Made by a program: the position numbers and the translations under genes. Under the pieces are notes generated by a model. It had not been told where the DNA came from, did no database searches, and saw nothing but the letters and a program-made list of their open reading frames with translations. A stretch of DNA of 64,000 bases, taken from assembly GCA_964016885.1 (NCBI GenBank), contig OZ024747.1, forward strand, positions 48,918,001 to 48,982,000, in the 5' to 3' direction. Source of the DNA: Eledone cirrhosa (Eukaryota). Positions 58,019 to 64,000 of this stretch are shown one piece after another. How positions within the stretch are numbered: the first letter of the stretch is position 1; every line of letters starts with the position of its first letter.

Positions 58019-58757
58019 CCGAATTGGTACTCTGGAGTAAACAAACCAACCAGCGTACTTCGTCGAGTGCTCCAATCTGCATACTGAGGTGTCGGTAAAC
58101 AACCAACATATACTCAAAATTTATATATGTATGTATATATATATATATATATCCGCTCGGTAAGACGCGCATCCTTGAGTATGGTCTGCTAATTTATTGT
58201 GGAACTAACTCTGTATATATACACCTTTGTGTAGAATTCCCGCATATTTTTACAAACTATACCTTAGAATATTAAACGCCCGAGACATTATTATTTTTTT
58301 TTTTTTTTTTTCATGACTATAATGTCTATTTGAAGTTAGGTTTCAATTATGATTTCGTCTAAAGATGTAACTGCGACAGCTGCTATATTTAATATAGATT
58401 ATAAATATCTGTTTTACATGTATGCTATACCTATGCTTTAGATTGTGTTAGATTAACAAAGTCTCGTTGAAAACTACTGTATTATATGAACGATGGTATA
58501 GCTATTGTTATTGAAGAACTCAATCTGAAAACGCTTGCAGCATGGTAACTCAGATAACTATATAAGAAATATTTTTATTTATTATATTTACGTATTTTAT
58601 ATGTATGTATATGTATGTATATATGTATCTATGTATGTATGTAGGTATTTGTGTATGTATGTATGTATGTGTGTATGTATGTGTGTATGTATGTGTGTGT
58701 ATATATATGTATGTATATATGAATGTATGTATGTATATATTTGTGTGTATATGTCTG

Positions 58758-58827
<70 letters not shown>

Positions 58828-58837
58828 ACACGTATTG

Positions 58838-58891
<54 letters not shown>

Positions 58892-59207
58892 ACGTATTGT
58901 ATGTAGGTATATATGTATATATGTATATATGTATATATACATATATGTATATATACAATATTCTCGTCTCTACAACACGGTCGTCTGAGACGTTGACTTG
59001 TTTCAGTCATTAAACTGCGGCCATGCTGGGGCATCGCCTTCATTTTGTCCATCCTATCTACCATAGTACTTTTTCGAGTCTGGTACTTCTTTTATCGATT
59101 TTGTTTTAAGCGGGCAGCCCCCACCCCGCCAGTCAAGTTTGAAGTGACAGTCAAGTTTGCAATTTTCAACAGTTGAAAATTGCAAACTTAACTGTCACCA
59201 CACAATA

Positions 59208-59246
59208 TGAACCTGAAGATTGCGAAAGCATGAAAGTACTTGTTCA
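59208..59246 (+). ncRNA. Minimal hammerhead ribozyme (family G)
   Basis: Identical to 49084-49122. Confidence 0.7.
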
Positions 59247-60034
59247 ATTAACACTTAACATTTAATATTCTATCATACTATTTCATTCTAATACCATTAT
59301 AAATTTTAAAGGATTGTAAATAAAACGAGTAAATCAGACAAAGCTGGAATTCCTTTTATTAATATAATCTTCTAAACACAATCATACACACCCGTGTATC
59401 TCTCACCTTCTTTCGCCCCCTCTGTCAGTTACACTTTCTCTCGACTGACCTCTTCCTCGCACTTCCACTCACTCACTCTCTGTTTCTCCCCTTCTCACTT
59501 CCCCCCGTTTGGCCTATGTGGGTTCTCTTCTTGCTTACATCTCACTCACGTTGGACGGTTTGTACCTCGTGCTCATGAAATCCACCCAGCTTATGCTGAC
59601 CGGACAACCATGTTGCTTGTTTTTTTCCTATCTTTGGTTTGCTTATATCCTTCTATGTTGTTTACTTGTCCCCCTCGCTTTACGCGATTTACTGGTCCCA
59701 ATAACTTTTTTTAGTTATTGCTCGCACCAACCTGAGGTATATGATTTTTAATGCGATGATATACCAATGATGGTTGGAAAATCACTGACGAAGGACTATT
59801 TTTATCATATGTAACCCATGTGCAACCACCCAGTATTCTTCTTTCTTCTCATGTTTTATATATATATATATAATATAATATAGAATGGTTGTGGCGTTGG
59901 AGACGGTGTTAGTGGTAGTGGTGATGGTTTGGACGGGATTTGCAAGGAAAGGTGATCAACAAATTGATTCTACTCCAATATATACGGCGCAACAGGTTTT
60001 CAGATAAGGTACTTTCTTTTGTTCTGAGTTGAAA

Positions 60035-60112
<78 letters not shown>

Positions 60113-60206
60113 GGACTAGCGTCCTAACGTTAAGACCCTTTTCCTGCTATATCAAACGTTAACCTAATATATCCCTGTACCGATTTTGTTGTTATTTCTG
60201 TTTACC

Positions 60207-60288
<82 letters not shown>

Positions 60289-60354
60289 TAGTTATTAGAT
60301 ATTAATTTAACAATGAAAAACAATAACAAAGTCAAATTATTTTACCTATTCATA

Positions 60355-60479
60355 TCATTGTTTTACGATCGTTTCAGAGGGTTGATCATATTGACTGATC
60401 TATAGCAGATATATAATAGCTGTATACTATCAGGCATCATATATAGGTTCAATCAAACCGTCTTCTTCGGAAACAATGA
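60355..60479 (-). ncRNA. Degenerate long-stem-II hammerhead (family H-like)
   Basis: Minus strand tcattgttt-CCGAAGA-..~90 nt..-GAAA-cgatcg-TA-aaacaatga; U4>C. Confidence 0.55.
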
Positions 60480-60886
60480 AGTTAGAATCTTTATTGGTAA
60501 TATATAAACAAGGTTGATACAAAAATGGACATGCCATATAAATATATATTCCAGATTGCCTCTGGAGAGAGTTTGGTGGTGGGGGTGTAGTAGGGCACTA
60601 TTAACAAATGTCATTTGATGGGTAAGTAGATGAAGAAGCAGAGCAAAGAAAAAGAATATGAGGGAGAGGTAGATGGGGGGGGGGGGATAAAAGAAGGGGT
60701 ATATGGATTTCACTGGATTAGTCGCTATCGGATTACATTGAGTTCTATCTACGGTACGGACGCTACCATTAAGGGTATACCACATTGAAAAGAATATATA
60801 TATATAATTAATAAAGGAAACAAACAAAACATAGGAGGCAATTAACATAGTTATATTAGGTTCACGCTTAGTGGAAGTGGAGCAGG

Positions 60887-60922
60887 TTTCGACGTTTCTG
60901 ACAGAAGTCCTTCCTCGGGAAA
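60887..60922 (-). ncRNA. Degenerate minimal hammerhead
   Basis: Minus strand tttc-CCGAGGA-aggac(ttct)gtca-GAAA-cg-TC-gaaa; a related remnant lies at 53629-53650. Confidence 0.45.
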
Positions 60923-61189
60923 GTGCGGATAAGGAGAGAACAGATACACGCAAGAGTAGTGTGAGATGGTTAGGGAAGGGAGTTAAAAAAAGAAAAAGGT
61001 GATACGGGGAGGTGGATGAAAGGTCCGGCCTAGGGGGCTAAGGTGAAAGGTATGGGGTGGCATGGTTTTGGTTGTGTGGGTGGGCGTTGAAGGGGAGATA
61101 TATGGATATGTCCGTGTTGGAGTAAACAGCTAAATCCAGTGGAGAGGTCAAGGTTGTTTCTATGTATCTGAGTGTGTTGAATGAGTGTG

Positions 61190-61500
61190 TGTGTGTCTGT
61201 GTGTGTCTACATGCGGCTCTGTATAGGTGTTTTTTATGAGTGTGAGTGTGTATGTATGTGTGTGTATGTGGCTTCGCTAGTGGCTGTGTATATGATGTTT
61301 CTATTGATTTTATGTATGTTAGTGTGTAAATTTAGCGCGTGTGTGTGTATATATATATATACACACACACGCTAAATTTACACACTAACATACATAAAAT
61401 CAATAGAAACATCACATACACAACCACGAGCAAAGCCATATACACACACATACATACACACTCACACTCATAAAAAACACCTATACAGAGCCGCATGTAG

Positions 61501-61520
<20 letters not shown>
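61190..61520. repeat. Palindrome centred on a (TG)n(TA)n(CA)n tract
   Basis: Arms are reverse complements with a few substitutions; centre ~61354. Confidence 0.88.
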
Positions 61521-61536
<16 letters not shown>

Positions 61537-61867
61537 TTATATATATATATACACACCCGTGTATATATATATATATAAACGGAAAAAATGAAACGAAATT
61601 TCATTTCCCACTCTTAGTACGGCTGTTACTTAAATATAAGTATGTACACGTCTGTACATACATATATGTATACAGACGTACAGTAGTATGTATATATATA
61701 TACATACATGCACACATATATATATGTACGTATGGATTCACCGAACATTTATTATAATGCTCGGTGTGTTTGTAAACAAACATCCCGTATTAAGCCGTAG
61801 TGTCCAGCAACCATCGTTGTTCGTTTTGTTCAACACTGACAAAGGAACGCTGTACTAGTTTCAAGCT

Positions 61868-61959
<92 letters not shown>

Positions 61960-62105
61960 GGGTGTGTATGATTGTGTATAGAAGATTATATTCATAAAAG
62001 GAATTCCAACTTTGTCTGATTTACTCGTTTTATTTACAATCCTTTAAAATTATAATGATATTATAATGAAATAGTATGGTAGAATATTAAATGTTAAGTG
62101 TTAAT

Positions 62106-62143
62106 TGAACAAGTACTTTCATGCTTTCGCAATCTTCAGGTTC
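62106..62143 (-). ncRNA. Minimal hammerhead ribozyme (family G) at the left end of a ~120-bp palindrome (62120-62240)
   Basis: Reverse complement of the 49084 motif; the mirror half is truncated. Confidence 0.68.
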
Positions 62144-62331
62144 TATTGTGTGGTGACAGTCAAGTTTGCAATTTTCAACAATTGAAAATTGCAAACTTGA
62201 GTGTCACCACAGAATATGAACCTGAGATTGCGAAAGCATGCAGATATCGGATAAGTAGCACTCTACAGTTTGTAGGACTGGAGTATAAATAATAATATAT
62301 AAGATCAAAAGATGGTTAAAAGAGTTCCATG

Positions 62332-62402
62332 TATTTTATTATGCGCATTTCAAAAACAAATATCATCATGCAATAACATTTGCGTTTTCGTCAGATAAAA
62401 TA
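62332..62402 (-). ncRNA. Minimal type I hammerhead ribozyme (homologue of 45623)
   Basis: CTGACGA core, GAAA-tgcgca-TA, stem I tattttat/ataaaata. Confidence 0.8.
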
Positions 62403-62933
62403 GGGAGACATGATATGAAGGTTAAAAGACACTTGTGAATAGTGCAGTTTTAAATCAACATATGAAAGGTAGTTTTAGATTGATGTGTGATGTTGGGAAA
62501 AAAAAAAAATTGACGAGGGGGGGGGGTGGAAAGGATGAAAAAGAGGAGGAGATGAGAGTAAAAAGTGGAGGGGAGGAGTATAATGAGGAAGGAGGAGATA
62601 GGAGGAGAGATGGGTGATAGAGAGAGAGAGAGAGATAGCTTTTATAACTGAGAAAAATATATTGTTTTACATAGAGAGGTTGAAAAACCGTTGGAAGATA
62701 ATATATAAATTAAAAGAATTTGAAAATTAACAAAGAGAAAAATTTTAGAATAATGTTAAATTAAGATTTGTCTATTTAAATATACAAACCTTAATTTAAC
62801 ATTATTCTAAAATTTCAACAGCTCGGATCTAGCTGTTGAAACAGCAGGAGCTCAGTATTACCCACTCTATTACCCCAAGTATCGAGTACTCTGGTGATTA
62901 ATGGTCTAACTGGTTTTTACCGCTTCCATTATG

Positions 62934-63020
<87 letters not shown>

Positions 63021-63132
63021 TTGAAAAAAAATGAAAACGAAATTTCATTTCTCACTCTTAGTATGGCACTTACTTAAATGTAAGTATGTATGTATACGTA
63101 CATACATATATGTATACAGACGTACAGTAGCA

Positions 63133-63182
<50 letters not shown>

Positions 63183-63351
63183 TATACATATATGCACACA
63201 GGTACACATACATATATGCACGCATCAGTTTAGCCGACGTTTATTATAACGCAGCTTTGTTCGTTTGTTTGTCAACAAACAGAACAGCCTGAATTTATGC
63301 CATACGGTGTTAAGGCAACCACGTCACCTTTTTGTTCAACACTGACACAGG

Positions 63352-63396
63352 AACGATGTACTAGTTTCAAGCTTGTTAGCTATCATCAGCACCGTT
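63352..63396 (-). ncRNA. Minimal type I hammerhead ribozyme (tandem unit 1)
   Basis: Minus strand aacggtg-CTGATGA-tagct(aaca)agctt-GAAA-ctag-TA-catcgtt. Confidence 0.85.
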
Positions 63397-63631
63397 TACC
63401 CATCTGCCAGATAGTTGAACGTTCGAAAGTATATACTTTCCTTATGAAAATTAACGGCTGAGCAGCCTAATTTGCATATTGAGTGAGTTAAATCGGTCAG
63501 GCATACCGAAAACGATAAGTTGAAAAAAAATGAAAACGAAATTTCATTTCTCACTCTTAGTATGGCACTTACTTAAATGTAAGTATGTATGTATACGTAC
63601 ATACAAATATGTATACAGACGTACAGTAGCA

Positions 63632-63721
<90 letters not shown>

Positions 63722-63890
63722 TATACATATATGCACACAGGTACACATACATATATGCACGCATCAGTTTAGCCGACGTTTATTATAACGCAGCTTTGTT
63801 CGTTTGTTTGTCAACAAACAGAACAGCCTGAATTTATGCCATACGGTGTTAGGGCAACCACGTCACCTTTTTGTTCAACACTGACACAGG

Positions 63891-63935
63891 AACGATGTAC
63901 TAGTTTCAAGCTTGTTAGCTATCATCAGCACCGTT
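63891..63935 (-). ncRNA. Minimal type I hammerhead ribozyme (tandem unit 2)
   Basis: Identical to 63352-63396. Confidence 0.85.
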
Positions 63936-64000
63936 TACCCATCTGCCAGATAGTTGAACGTTCGAAAGTATATACTTTCCTTATGAAAATTAACGGCTGA

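Larger units (their letters stand above)
63016..64000 (-). mobile_element. Head-to-tail ~0.5-kb tandem repeat with one hammerhead per unit (retrozyme-like or tandem PLE pseudo-LTR)
   Basis: Unit 1 is 63016-63514; unit 2 runs from 63515 to the window end; nearly identical except for (TA)n length; diverged partial copy at 61580-61870. Confidence 0.8.

Overview
AT-rich, microsatellite-saturated eukaryotic DNA with no confidently identifiable host gene, so probably intronic or intergenic. The dominant tRNA-type SINE resembles SINEs I recall from octopod cephalopods; that taxon is an inference. Most ORFs in the supplied track are translations of (TA)n, (CA)n, (TACA)n, (GA)n and (GGT)n tracts. The real coding remnants are all decayed mobile elements: Penelope-like elements (PLE; RT and GIY-YIG), RTE, Tx1/L1, R4/Dong-type and CRE-type LINEs, and a probable Chapaev3-like transposase. 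There are also two non-autonomous Helitrons, a hAT MITE and about 12 copies of one SINE. The main hidden signal is about 30 hammerhead-ribozyme (HHR) motifs with intact cores (CTGANGA...GAAA...NTH), found by eye, from more than 10 sequence families, plus about 10 decayed ones. Many sit as mirror pairs inside long fold-back palindromes. One family forms a ~0.5 kb head-to-tail tandem (retrozyme-like), some carry ~100-nt stem II insertions, and one may be circularly permuted. A 56-copy 25-bp minisatellite appears to be built from the HHR core plus stem II. Separately, a 3-copy, (TATG)n-associated repeat begins with a multi-hairpin RNA-like structure that is a candidate unclassified ribozyme. All structures were inferred by manual base-pairing; no folding or database search was run.
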